This document shows positions 53,295 through 63,114 of a stretch of DNA of 64,000 nt, piece by piece (position 1 is the first letter of the stretch; each line of letters starts with the position of its first letter). Source of the stretch: Paludibacteraceae bacterium (GTDB lineage Bacteria > Bacteroidota > Bacteroidia > Bacteroidales > Paludibacteraceae); the NCBI GenBank assembly GCA_024401535.1, contig JAKSKX010000005.1:85558-149557 (forward strand), given 5' to 3'. The notes below the pieces were generated by a model, which worked only from the letters and a program-made list of their open reading frames with translations, was not told where the DNA came from and did not search any database. Position numbers and translations under genes: made by a program.

Positions 53295-54200
53295 ATGAAG
53301 TACAGTAAATCAATGCTTGTCAAAAGGTTAAGTTTCTTGCTAATTTATTTGTTCGCTGCAGTATGCACTGTATATTCAACCAACTACAAGGTGACTTATA
53401 CTCTTTACGGCTCTGTAGTCTATGAGGAAACTTACAGTTCAGGTTCGGAAGTTAACGCTCCAAATATCGAGGATATGGATTTGTTTCCGCCTGCTGACGG
53501 CTACGAATACACTTTCAAGAAGACTTTCCCATTCATTATCAAGGGCAACACAAAGATTGTGATTGAGGAAACGCTTATTGGCGCAGGTACATACAGCCTT
53601 ACCCTAATTATAGGGGATAACGCTCCGATAAATCTTTCCTATGAGAGCGGTGCTTTGATAAACATAAACCTTCCCGCATCATACAACAGAGAGGGATATG
53701 AATTGGTTTGGGACAAGGAGGTGACTGTAATGCCGGCAGAGGACTTGACACTTACTGCAAAGTACGTTCCAATCAACAGTACTATAGCTTATGAATTGGA
53801 CGGAGGAGTCAATTCTCCAGAAAATAAGGAGTTCTATAATGTAGAAACTTGCCCATACGTGCTTTCAAATCCAACTAAGGAGAAGTACATCTTCAAAGGC
53901 TGGTATTTGGGAGATGAAAAGGTTACAGAGGTTGACTGCGGACAGGGAGACGTCACTTTGGTTGCTCATTGGGAGGTCGATCCGAATGCAGGATTGAATG
54001 AAACAAAGGCTGAGACTGACTATATTGTTGTTGGGAACGAGATTCATTTCTCTGACAGCGTGAAGTCAGCAGAGCTATACAACATGCTCGGAGTTAAGGT
54101 TGGCACTATTGCAAACGGTGTCATTCGTGCGCCTCACTCGGGTTTGTATATACTTAAAGTCAATGAAGGCACAGTCAAAGTCAAGCTTTCATTGAAATAA
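53295..54200 (+). CDS. Secreted Listeria-Bacteroides-repeat protein with T9SS type A CTD
   Basis: Signal/TM peptide LSFLLIYLFAAVCTVYS. Flg_new-type repeats (GYEYTFKK, GYELVWDK, YIFKGWYLGDEKV). C-terminal AELYNMLGVKVG...GLYILKVNEGTVKVKLSLK. Confidence 0.75.
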   Translation: MKYSKSMLVKRLSFLLIYLFAAVCTVYSTNYKVTYTLYGSVVYEETYSSGSEVNAPNIEDMDLFPPADGYEYTFKKTFPFIIKGNTKIVIEETLIGAGTYSLTLIIGDNAPINLSYESGALININLPASYNREGYELVWDKEVTVMPAEDLTLTAKYVPINSTIAYELDGGVNSPENKEFYNVETCPYVLSNPTKEKYIFKGWYLGDEKVTEVDCGQGDVTLVAHWEVDPNAGLNETKAETDYIVVGNEIHFSDSVKSAELYNMLGVKVGTIANGVIRAPHSGLYILKVNEGTVKVKLSLK

Positions 54201-54254
54201 TATCAGTTAGACAGTGAAAATAGATATTCTAATAAATTAATGTTTTGTATCGAG

Positions 54255-54294
54255 ATACTGTTCAACGTGAGTTGGGCAGTATTTATTTTTTTTG
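54255..54294 (+). terminator. Rho-independent terminator (GUGA tetraloop) after the 53295-54200 gene
   Basis: ATACTGTTCAAC GTGA GTTGGGCAGTAT (two U-G pairs) followed by ttattttttttg. Confidence 0.75.
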
Positions 54295-54345
54295 TTTCTG
54301 CTCAAAAACACATGTTTTTTTGATACGTTTTTTAAAAGACTTATA

Positions 54346-54353
54346 TAACTTTG
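54346..54353 (+). promoter_or_regulatory. -7 promoter box TAACTTTG upstream of pyrE
   Basis: Exact TAnnTTTG match followed by CA. 45 nt upstream of the ATG at 54399. Confidence 0.5.
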
Positions 54354-54398
54354 CACTCTATAATTTGATGATGGTATATAATACTAAATTTTAGTTTT

Positions 54399-55037
54399 AT
54401 GGCAATTAAGAGCATTGAAAACTTGGTAGCAGAGGAGCTACTTAGAGTAAGAGCAATTAAGGTACAACCTTCAAACCCATTCACTTGGGCAAGCGGTTGG
54501 AAATCTCCGATATACTGCGACAATCGTAAGACTCTTTCTTATCCAGATGTCCGCACACTAATTAAGATTGAAATCGCTCGCATCATTCGTGAGACTTACG
54601 GCAACGTGGACGTAATCGCAGGTGTTGCAACAGGTGCTATCGCTCAGGGGGCTATGGTGGCTGAGGAACTTGGTTTGCCTTTTGTATATGTTCGTTCTTC
54701 GCCAAAGGATCACGGTTTGGAGAACCTAATCGAGGGTGACTTGAAGCCAGGTCAGAAGGTTGTAGTTGTCGAGGATTTGATTTCAACTGGAGGTAGTTCG
54801 TTGAAGGCCGTAGAGGCTATCCGCAAGGATGGTTGCGAGGTTGCAGGTATGGTTGCCATCTTTACTTACGGTTTCCCAATCGCACAGGAGAAGTTCCGCG
54901 AGGCAGGAGTAGAGTTGACAACTCTTTCAAACTACGAGGCAGTTCTTGCACACCTTGTTGATACTAACTACATTTCCGAGGAGGAGCGTGCAACACTTCA
55001 GGAGTGGAGAAAAGATCCAGCAAACTGGAAAGCTTAA
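54399..55037 (+). CDS. pyrE: Orotate phosphoribosyltransferase
   Basis: FTWASGWKSPIYCDNR and the PRPP-binding motif VVVVEDLISTGGSS; 212 aa. Confidence 0.93.
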   Translation: MAIKSIENLVAEELLRVRAIKVQPSNPFTWASGWKSPIYCDNRKTLSYPDVRTLIKIEIARIIRETYGNVDVIAGVATGAIAQGAMVAEELGLPFVYVRSSPKDHGLENLIEGDLKPGQKVVVVEDLISTGGSSLKAVEAIRKDGCEVAGMVAIFTYGFPIAQEKFREAGVELTTLSNYEAVLAHLVDTNYISEEERATLQEWRKDPANWKA

Positions 55038-55138
55038 AATAAGGGCCGACATAACTAATGCAATGATTTTTGTTATTGACCTGATACCCGAAAACGGGTG
55101 TCAGGTCTTTAATGGTAAAAAAATTCATACACAACTTT

Positions 55139-55564
55139 ATGACTACATACGAGAGCAAAGTAAAGAGCGTAGCTGCCAATGACTCGCAGATTTTCGCCGT
55201 ATTGAGCAACATGAACAACCTGCAGAGATTTGAGAGCAGATTGCCCAAGGACAAGATTCAGGACTTCAAGACAACTCAGACAACTTGCAGCTTTAGTGTC
55301 TCTCCTTTCGGCAACTTCGAGATTGCTATAGTAGAGGCTACTCCAAACAATACAATCAAGTACGGAACTACACAGTCTCCGATGCAGTTCAATGTTTGGG
55401 TTCAGCTCAAGCAGATTGAGCCGGGCAAATGTGCGTTGAAACTTACTATGAAGATAGAGCTTAACTTCATGCTCAAGGCTATGGTCGGCAAATATCTTGA
55501 GGAATATATTGACAAGGCGGCTACTGTGCTTGCGTCTTTGCCATACGCACAACTTTCAAAATAA
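55139..55564 (+). CDS. SRPBCC (START/polyketide-cyclase-like) family protein
   Basis: About 141 aa with an alpha/beta pattern. The N-terminus MTTYESKVKSVAANDSQIFAVLSNMNNL resembles the small SRPBCC proteins that follow pyrE in Bacteroidales. The internal ATG is preferred over 55112. Confidence 0.55.
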   Translation: MTTYESKVKSVAANDSQIFAVLSNMNNLQRFESRLPKDKIQDFKTTQTTCSFSVSPFGNFEIAIVEATPNNTIKYGTTQSPMQFNVWVQLKQIEPGKCALKLTMKIELNFMLKAMVGKYLEEYIDKAATVLASLPYAQLSK

Positions 55565-55569
55565 CAGAC

Positions 55570-55598
55570 AGCGGTGTAATGGCCGCTTTTGTTTCTTG
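55570..55598 (+). terminator. Short hairpin plus U-rich tract after the SRPBCC gene
   Basis: AGCGG tgtaatgg CCGCT followed by tttgtttctt. Confidence 0.45.
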
Positions 55599-55645
55599 CC
55601 TGATGAACATCGTCCTAAACTAACATAACACTTAATTCAATACAT

Positions 55646-57745
55646 ATGAAATTCTTTTACACTACATTTTTAGCTCTGTCATTTGCCGGACTTGAAGCTA
55701 TGGCAGAGAAAGCTGTTTACATTCCCAGAGAATGGCAGAATCGAAACGACACGCTTATATATAGCGAGTCTGATCCCGACAACAAATATACGTGGTCTAA
55801 GTCTCGTTCCAAGGAGACAGAGAACTACATTGTATATTGGGACAACAAGTACGGCAACACTTTGCCTACAAACGCAGAGTCAACTTACCGTGTAGATATT
55901 GACGATTTGTTGTCTAAGTGCGAAGGCTTCTATGCAATGAATGTAGGGAAACTTGCCTTTTGTGACGAGAAGAATTCCAACGTCTCTAAATACAAGATGA
56001 TGGTACTCCTTAACCATACTACCGAATGGGTGTGCTATGGAGGAGGGTACGATGACGTGATAGGCGCCTTGTGGCTTAGCCCAAGCACTAGCAAGCCCGT
56101 CGGTCATTCTGTCGGCCATGAGGTCGGCCATTCATTCCAGTATCAGGTTTTTGCCGACATTAAAGGCTATTCCGGATTCCGTACTGCCATAGGAAGCGGC
56201 TCCACTTTTTGGGAGCAGACAGCACAATGGCAGGCAAACCAGTCATATCCCGAGTTGAAGTGGGAGCAGAGCTGGAATCTGTTCAAGAACACGCATAACT
56301 ATGCAATGACTCACGAATGGCACAGATACCAGTCCTATTGGTGGCACTACTATCTTACAGAGAAGTTTGGTATAGACTATATTGGCAAATTGTGGAGATA
56401 TAATCCTGGCAAAGGGGTAGATCCTAACCAGTCGCTGATGAGCATGTCCGGAATGAGTTCTGATGACTTGTACGACGAGTTTTTCCACTATGCGATGAAG
56501 TGCGCGACTATGGACTTTGACGTGGCCAGAGACGAGGCAGCCCCATATATCGGCTCGATGAAGTATGAATATGTTTCGTTGGGAGGTACAAAACATCAGG
56601 TTTCCTACAGCAGCTGCCCTCAGTCAACCGGATTTAACATTATTCCTTTGAACGTGGCAAAGGCGGGAACTGAGGTGGCAACAAAGTTTACATCTCTGCC
56701 TAATGGCTCTGCTCTTGCAACCGGAGACTCTAAGAAGTATTTTGACGGGGACAAGTTCGCAGATGTCTCGGCCAATACATACAATAGTATTTCAAACTAC
56801 TCAAAGAGAGGATTTCGTATAGGTTATGTGGCTCTGCTTAAAAACGGAGAGCGCAAGTACATGTATGAGGATGAAGTCTATTGCACAGGAGGAAACGAAA
56901 GCGAGGAAAATAGCTGTGAAGTCAGCTGTATAGTGCCGGAGAATACTGACCGTTTGTTCTTGGTTGTCTCTCCTGCTCCGGCAGAGTATATTCAGCATAA
57001 GTGGGATGAGAACATCTTGAACGACGACCAGTGGCCTTATACCGTCGAGTTCACCAACACGAACATCTATGGCGCGGCAGACATCTCTGCGGACAAGTCT
57101 GTTAGTGACGTTACACTCGAATATGATGTATATTTCCCTGCTTCCGCCACAGATTATGTGGGTTTGAGATTCAAGCTTGACGGACAGTCACTTTCTTCAC
57201 TTGGAACAGCATTCCAGATGCAGTCGTCCTCGTTGGGTGGAGTCATGACTGAGTGGAGCAATGCAGGGCCTTCAGATGGAAAGGCAATGTTCTATGCTGT
57301 CGATTCAAACGGGCAGATTAACAATTCCGCATCTTCTGCCAATGGATATGGACACTGGTTCGACAACAAGGGCAACAAATGTGCATTCTCGTCAGGCTAT
57401 TTCTTCAGCGAATTCGATGCCCAATCACTTACTTTCTCGTTGGGACAGTATCCCGGAAAAATGAGTAACGGAGCCTCAACTACAATATCCCAGGCTATCA
57501 GGTATCAGAAGAACGGAAAGACTGTTGTGGCGACATTTGTGTTCAACATACATCTGTCTGCCGATCGTACCGGTTGTGAGCTGATTAGCGGAAACAACCC
57601 TTCAAAAGTTGTATTCATTCCTACAGACAAAGTTATTCCGGTTGCTGTCTATTCAGTCACTGGAGTACAGACCAATGAGCTGCAGAGGGGAATTAACATC
57701 ATTCAGATGAGTGACGGAACTGTGAAAAAGGTAATCAAGAAGTAA
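55646..57745 (+). CDS. Secreted gluzincin-like HExxH protein (M60-like/DUF6055-like) with T9SS type A CTD
   Basis: Signal peptide MKFFYTTFLALSFAGLEAMA. HEVGHSFQ followed 27 residues after the second His by WEQ (HExxH-x27-E). C-terminus VAVYSVTGVQ...GINIIQMSDGTVKKVIKK. Confidence 0.65.
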   Translation: MKFFYTTFLALSFAGLEAMAEKAVYIPREWQNRNDTLIYSESDPDNKYTWSKSRSKETENYIVYWDNKYGNTLPTNAESTYRVDIDDLLSKCEGFYAMNVGKLAFCDEKNSNVSKYKMMVLLNHTTEWVCYGGGYDDVIGALWLSPSTSKPVGHSVGHEVGHSFQYQVFADIKGYSGFRTAIGSGSTFWEQTAQWQANQSYPELKWEQSWNLFKNTHNYAMTHEWHRYQSYWWHYYLTEKFGIDYIGKLWRYNPGKGVDPNQSLMSMSGMSSDDLYDEFFHYAMKCATMDFDVARDEAAPYIGSMKYEYVSLGGTKHQVSYSSCPQSTGFNIIPLNVAKAGTEVATKFTSLPNGSALATGDSKKYFDGDKFADVSANTYNSISNYSKRGFRIGYVALLKNGERKYMYEDEVYCTGGNESEENSCEVSCIVPENTDRLFLVVSPAPAEYIQHKWDENILNDDQWPYTVEFTNTNIYGAADISADKSVSDVTLEYDVYFPASATDYVGLRFKLDGQSLSSLGTAFQMQSSSLGGVMTEWSNAGPSDGKAMFYAVDSNGQINNSASSANGYGHWFDNKGNKCAFSSGYFFSEFDAQSLTFSLGQYPGKMSNGASTTISQAIRYQKNGKTVVATFVFNIHLSADRTGCELISGNNPSKVVFIPTDKVIPVAVYSVTGVQTNELQRGINIIQMSDGTVKKVIKK

Positions 57746-57759
57746 TATATAAACTGATT

Positions 57760-58650
57760 ATGAATAAACTAACTAACAAAGTTTTCTTTGGGGAACATGG
57801 CTTGACAAGTACTGCGGCAAACCATTTGGCTGAGTTGGCGCAGGAGATTGTTACGAGCAGCAAGTCAAAGCTTGAGCAGACATCTTTCGTTAATGCTTTT
57901 GTTGATATAGTGGGTTCAGCAAGTAAGGCAAAGCAGGTTCAAGTGGGCTATTCTCAGGAAAAACTTGGCGAGATACAGTCTGTTATTGAGCAAATCTCTG
58001 AAATGAACTCTTTTTGTGCATGGATGAGAGAGGCTGTCAAGGCCAAGGATGCCATGGACGAGAGTGTGGCAGAGATGCAGCTTTGGCAATGGTGCCAGGA
58101 CAATGATATCGAGCAGGAATGTCTGCCAATGTCTCCAGATCCTGTGAAAATGGAGGAGGTTATTGACGAACTTGATGTCAGGGAGCGTTGCGAGTATTTT
58201 GCCCTTGAGGCTAAGGCTGCAACTATAGGTCAGTATATCCATCCCGAGGAGCCGTTCAGTGAGGCTCGCAAGCGTTTGCATGACATTCTTGCCAATCCTG
58301 TTTCCACTGCCGGAGAGGGTGCTTCCCTTTTGATATACAGCTACGAGCCTTCTGTTCCAGAAAGCAATGTCGAGGAACTATACCTTGCATTGCAGAAGGA
58401 ACATAGACAGAACGAGCAGAAACTTAACCAGATTAAGGCATCCTTGAAGGCTAAGCTTACTGCAAAAACTATTGCTCAGCAGAAGGAATTTGCTGAGAAG
58501 ACCAACGAGGCAAACGCTAAGATTGCCAGACAGCAAAGCGATTTCGAGAGCTGGAGAGCAAAGGAGCGTGAGCGTATCTCAAAACTTAAGATTGTAGTTC
58601 CCCAGTCTTTGCAGAAAACTTATGAATACTTGTCATCTCTAGATAAGTAG
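57760..58650 (+). CDS. Hypothetical cytoplasmic protein with C-terminal coiled coil
   Basis: 296 aa, no signal peptide. The last ~90 aa are heptad-like and K/E/Q-rich (KEHRQNEQKLNQIKASLKAKL...). Starts 14 nt after the upstream stop and is followed by a strong terminator. I recognise no family. Confidence 0.6.
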   Translation: MNKLTNKVFFGEHGLTSTAANHLAELAQEIVTSSKSKLEQTSFVNAFVDIVGSASKAKQVQVGYSQEKLGEIQSVIEQISEMNSFCAWMREAVKAKDAMDESVAEMQLWQWCQDNDIEQECLPMSPDPVKMEEVIDELDVRERCEYFALEAKAATIGQYIHPEEPFSEARKRLHDILANPVSTAGEGASLLIYSYEPSVPESNVEELYLALQKEHRQNEQKLNQIKASLKAKLTAKTIAQQKEFAEKTNEANAKIARQQSDFESWRAKERERISKLKIVVPQSLQKTYEYLSSLDK

Positions 58651-58811
58651 TATTGAAATATCGCTGGTGTCAAGTACCTGAAGCCGCAAAGGATCTTCTA
58701 TGCTTGTCTTTACGGCGATATGGTGGAGGGCTTTTTTAGAATATTATTGGGACATTTGCCCCTAAAAAAGATTATGTGTAATTAAAATTGGCGACAGTAT
58801 TCGTGCTGTCG

Positions 58812-58844
58812 GTCTTTGCCATAGTCTTTGCCATAGTCTTTGCC
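58812..58844 (+). repeat. 12-bp tandem repeat ATAGTCTTTGCC, 2.75 copies
   Basis: gtctttgcc atagtctttgcc atagtctttgcc, read directly from the intergenic region upstream of dnaE. Confidence 0.85.
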
Positions 58845-58882
58845 TACATCTCCATCTGTTAGCTGACAGCGTTTGTGCTTTA

Positions 58883-58920
58883 AGTAGTCGTGTGGCAACA
58901 TACGACTACTATTTTGTTTT
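58883..58920 (+). terminator. 12-bp hairpin with GCAA tetraloop plus U-tract after the 57760-58650 gene
   Basis: AGTAGTCGTGTG GCAA CATACGACTACT then attttgtttt. Nearly identical to the hairpin at 20329-20356. Confidence 0.7.
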
Positions 58921-58974
58921 AATATATAAAAATAAAAACCGTTCTCTGGATAAATTAAATTTCCAACTTTTGAC

Positions 58975-58982
58975 TATCTTTG
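58975..58982 (+). promoter_or_regulatory. -7 promoter box TATCTTTG upstream of dnaE
   Basis: Exact TAnnTTTG match followed by CA. 24 nt upstream of the ATG at 59007. Confidence 0.5.
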
Positions 58983-59006
58983 CAACATCTTAATTACGAT
59001 AAACTA

Positions 59007-62000
59007 ATGACAGATTTTGTTCATCTACATGTGCACTCGCACTATTCCATGCTCGATGGCATGAGTAAGGTACCGGACCTTGTTGACAAGTGCATAAAAA
59101 ACGGCATGCACGCCATCGCCCTTACAGACCATGGTTGTATGTTTGGAATCAAGGATTTGTGCGACTATGTTGGAAAAGTAAATGGTGCCCCAAAGAAAAA
59201 AATTAAGGAGTGTAAGGAGGAGATTGGAAAGACGACCGACGAGGCTAAACTCGCTGAACTAAATGAAAAGCTTGCCAAACTAGAGGCTGATGCCGCCGCT
59301 TTTATCCCCTTCAAGCCGATTATTGGAACGGAGGCATATTGTGCACGTCGAACTCTTCACGACAAGGATAAAACATACAAGGAGATTGACCCTGAAACAG
59401 GTAAGGATTTCATTCCTGACCGTAACGGTTGGCACCTTATTTTGTTGGCCAAAAACAAAACTGGCTACCTTAATTTGTGCAAACTTGCATCTCAGGCCTA
59501 TGTTGATGGTATGTACGGAAAGCCCCGTATTGACAAGATAATTCTTGAAAAGTACCATGAGGGACTTATTGTGTGTTCCGCTTGTCTTGGAGGAGAGATT
59601 CCTCAGAAGATTATAGGTGGTGACCTGAAAGGAGCAGAGGAGTCGATAATGTGGTTCAAGGGAATATTCGGAGACGACTATTATATCGAACTTCAGCGCC
59701 ACAAGACTGACAAACCTAATGCCTCTACAGAAACCTATGAGAGGCAGAAAGAGGTAGAACCCCATCTAATAGAACTGGCTAGGAAATGTGGTGTGAAGCT
59801 CATCTGTACTAATGACGTTCACTTTGTCGAGGAAAATCATGGTGAGGCTCACGAGCGTCTAGTGTGTCTTTCTATTGGAGTTGACTATGATGATCCGAAC
59901 AGAAAGATGATGTACACCAAGCAGGAGTGGTTGAAAACTCCTGACGAGATGGCAGAAATCTTCTCTGATATTCCAGAAGCACTAAGCAATACTCTAGAGA
60001 TTGCTGACAAAGTTGAGGTGTACTCTATTGACAGCGGCCCTATCATGCCTAAATATGATATCCCAGCAGATTTCGGAACTGAGGAACAATATCGTCAGCG
60101 TTTCACAGACGAGGATATATTCAACGAGTTTACCCGAGACGAGAAGGGCAATGTTGTGCTTACAAAGGAGGATGCTGACAAAAAGATTCAGCGTCTGGGT
60201 GGCTACGAAAAACTTTACCGTATAAAGCTTGAAGCAGACTATTTGAACAAACTTGCATGGGAAGGTGCTGCCATGCGTTATGGAGCGAAGCTTACCTGGA
60301 AGCCGGAAGAGAATCAATATGAGGTTGAGCTGGAGCAGAAGGCAAAGGATCAGATCATATTCGAGCTATATATCATGAAGACCATGGGATTCCCCGGCTA
60401 CTTCCTTATTGTGCAGGACTACATCCGTGCTGCACGTCAGGAGCTTGGAATGTTCGTCGGCCCAGGACGTGGTTCCGCGGCAGGTTCTGTGGTCGCTTAT
60501 TGCTTGAAGATTACTGATATTGACCCTCTTACATACGACCTTCTGTTTGAGCGTTTCTTGAATCCAGACCGTATCTCACTTCCTGATATTGATGTGGATT
60601 TTGAGGATACTGGAAAGATTATCGAGTGGGTTACAAAGAAGTATGGAGCAGAGAAGGTTGCCAGAATCATTACATACGGAACAATGGCTACGAAGTCAGC
60701 GTTGGCCGATGTGGCTCGTGTGCAGAAAGTTCCCCTTGACGAAGTTGCCCGTTTGAAGAAGCTCGTTCCTGACAAGTTTGATGACGTTATTGACCCAGAA
60801 ACTGGCAAGACATTCGGTTCTTCGGGCAAGAAACCTCCAAAGGTTAAGCTAAAGAACTGTTTCAAATATATACCTGAGCTGAAAGCAGCAAGGTATTCGG
60901 AAGATACGAATATCTCGACTATGTGCGAGTACGCTGAGCAGTTGGAGGATACTAACAGACAGATTGGTATTCATGCCTGTGGTGTGATTATCGGTGCAGA
61001 CGACCTTACAAACTTTGCTCCGATGTGTACCGTCAAAGATAAGGAAACTGACCGTGATGTTCTTGTTACACAGTACGATGGACACGTTATCGAGAGTGTC
61101 GGCCTTATCAAGATGGACTTTTTGGGTTTGATTACTCTTACCCTTATCAAGACTACAATCCAGAACGTGAAGAAGTCAAAGGGAATAGACGTTGATATCG
61201 ATCATATTCCACTTGATGACGAACTTACATACAAGCTTTTCGGAGAAGGTAGAACTATCGGAGTGTTCCAGTTCGAAAGTCCTGGTATGCAGAAGTACCT
61301 TCGTGAGCTAAAGCCTTCTGTAATCACTGACCTGATTGCTATGAATGCGCTTTATCGTCCGGGACCTATCGCCTATATCCCGACATTCATCAACCGTAAG
61401 CACGGACGAGAGGAAATCAAGTACGACCTTCCGATAATGGAGAAGTACCTTGGCGACAGCTATGGCGTAACTGTATATCAGGAGCAGGTTATGCTTTTGT
61501 CCAGACTTCTTGCCGGATTCACTCGTGGTCAGTCCGACTCATTGCGTAAGGCGATGGGTAAGAAGATTTTCGCCATGCTGGAGCAGTTGAAGCCTTTGTT
61601 CATCGAGGGTGCCATGAAGAACCCTAACATACGTGACGGCCTTACTGAGCCGATGAGCGATGACACTTTGCGCCAGACACTAGAGAAAATTTGGAAGGAC
61701 TGGGAGGCTTTCGCTTCCTATGCGTTCAACAAGTCTCATGCCGCTTGTTATGCCTGGGTGGCATACCAGACAGGATACCTGAAAGCGCATTTCCCTGCAG
61801 AATATCTGGCTGCCAACCTTACCATAAGCCAGTCCTCTATTACTGAGGTCCAGAAGTTTATGGAGGAGTGCAAGGCCATGAAGATAAAGACTCTTTGTCC
61901 TGATGTGAACGAATCGGATCTTAATTTCTCTGTAACTCCGGAAAACGAAATCAGATTCGGACTTCAGGGCATCAAGGGAATGAGTAGTGCGTGTGCGGAA

Positions 62001-63095
62001 GCAACTGTGTCAGAGCGAGAGGCTAACGGCCCATACACAGACATATTTGACTACGTTTCTAGGGTTCCATGTTCGGCTAAAGATATAGAGTCCCTTTCCT
62101 TGGCAGGCGCTTTCGACAGCCTAAAGGTTGAAAGAGAGATATTCTTTGAGAAAGACAAGAGGGATGTTTCGTTCAGCCAGGCACTTGTAGCATACGGAAA
62201 AACTATTCGCCAGATTGTTAACGAATCAAAGAACTCTCTGTTCGGTGATGATGACTCGATGTCAACTGCAACAGTACAGAGGCCGCCTATCCCTAAGTGC
62301 GAGAAGTGGGGAACTTTGGAAAGACTACAGAGGGAAAAGGAACTAGTCGGCATATATTTGTCGGCACACCCGCTTGATGACTACTATGTCATACTAAAGT
62401 ACCTTTGCAATACGCCTATGTCCGAGATTGGCAACGTAGATGTAGTAAAGTCAAGAAAAGTTGTTGCCGGTGGTGTTGTGACATCTATAACTCCAAAGAA
62501 ATCCAAAAGCGGAACTGATGGACTTATCATAAAGATTGAGGACTATGCCGGCTCAGGAGAAATTGCCTTATGGGGTAAGGATTTGGGACAGGTCAACTTT
62601 ATTCATGTCAACAACATCATAATCTTTTCAGCTACTGCTGTTCCTGACAGATTCAGGGATGGAGTATTCAGGGTGACTTACAGTAACTTCAACCTTTTGT
62701 CGGAAATTAAGGATAATATTCCTATGAAGCTTACGTTTACTATGGACGAGAGCGATTTGTCCGAATTCTTGGTCTCACAGCTGATTGGCCAGATAAAAGA
62801 TTGTCCTGAGGGTAAGGCAAGCATTGCTGTCCAGTGCAAGACTAAAAACGGCACTATGCTTAACTTGGTTTCGAGAAAGAAAGGTATTCAAATAACACAG
62901 AAGTTCATAAATTATCTCGAAAGCATTGCTCCGAAGGAAATAGAGCTTACGACAGATGCCGAAGAGAACATTGAGCAAATAGAACCATTAGATGAAGATG
63001 GAGATTTGGATGCCATTCCAATGATGGACAATACGTTGTCAATGAGTTCTTCGTCCGGAGGTATCAAGTTCAAATTGACAGGTGCTCCTTTCTGA
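59007..63095 (+). CDS. dnaE: DNA polymerase III subunit alpha
   Basis: PHP domain FVHLHVHSHYSMLDG, GFPGYFLIV, PGRGSAAGS, the PDIDVDF catalytic aspartates, and FNKSHAACYA. ATG at 59007 is preferred over the TTG at 58980. Confidence 0.95.
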   Translation: MTDFVHLHVHSHYSMLDGMSKVPDLVDKCIKNGMHAIALTDHGCMFGIKDLCDYVGKVNGAPKKKIKECKEEIGKTTDEAKLAELNEKLAKLEADAAAFIPFKPIIGTEAYCARRTLHDKDKTYKEIDPETGKDFIPDRNGWHLILLAKNKTGYLNLCKLASQAYVDGMYGKPRIDKIILEKYHEGLIVCSACLGGEIPQKIIGGDLKGAEESIMWFKGIFGDDYYIELQRHKTDKPNASTETYERQKEVEPHLIELARKCGVKLICTNDVHFVEENHGEAHERLVCLSIGVDYDDPNRKMMYTKQEWLKTPDEMAEIFSDIPEALSNTLEIADKVEVYSIDSGPIMPKYDIPADFGTEEQYRQRFTDEDIFNEFTRDEKGNVVLTKEDADKKIQRLGGYEKLYRIKLEADYLNKLAWEGAAMRYGAKLTWKPEENQYEVELEQKAKDQIIFELYIMKTMGFPGYFLIVQDYIRAARQELGMFVGPGRGSAAGSVVAYCLKITDIDPLTYDLLFERFLNPDRISLPDIDVDFEDTGKIIEWVTKKYGAEKVARIITYGTMATKSALADVARVQKVPLDEVARLKKLVPDKFDDVIDPETGKTFGSSGKKPPKVKLKNCFKYIPELKAARYSEDTNISTMCEYAEQLEDTNRQIGIHACGVIIGADDLTNFAPMCTVKDKETDRDVLVTQYDGHVIESVGLIKMDFLGLITLTLIKTTIQNVKKSKGIDVDIDHIPLDDELTYKLFGEGRTIGVFQFESPGMQKYLRELKPSVITDLIAMNALYRPGPIAYIPTFINRKHGREEIKYDLPIMEKYLGDSYGVTVYQEQVMLLSRLLAGFTRGQSDSLRKAMGKKIFAMLEQLKPLFIEGAMKNPNIRDGLTEPMSDDTLRQTLEKIWKDWEAFASYAFNKSHAACYAWVAYQTGYLKAHFPAEYLAANLTISQSSITEVQKFMEECKAMKIKTLCPDVNESDLNFSVTPENEIRFGLQGIKGMSSACAEATVSEREANGPYTDIFDYVSRVPCSAKDIESLSLAGAFDSLKVEREIFFEKDKRDVSFSQALVAYGKTIRQIVNESKNSLFGDDDSMSTATVQRPPIPKCEKWGTLERLQREKELVGIYLSAHPLDDYYVILKYLCNTPMSEIGNVDVVKSRKVVAGGVVTSITPKKSKSGTDGLIIKIEDYAGSGEIALWGKDLGQVNFIHVNNIIIFSATAVPDRFRDGVFRVTYSNFNLLSEIKDNIPMKLTFTMDESDLSEFLVSQLIGQIKDCPEGKASIAVQCKTKNGTMLNLVSRKKGIQITQKFINYLESIAPKEIELTTDAEENIEQIEPLDEDGDLDAIPMMDNTLSMSSSSGGIKFKLTGAPF

Positions 63096-63114
63096 TAGGG
63101 GAGCTTTCACAAAG

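Noticed and set aside
59140-59330. A K/E-rich insertion in the PHP domain of DnaE (GAPKKKIKECKEEIGKTTDEAKLAELNEKLAKLEADAAAF).
   Set aside because: As far as I recall, Bacteroidota DnaE proteins commonly carry an insertion at this position. I cannot show it is unusual without an alignment.
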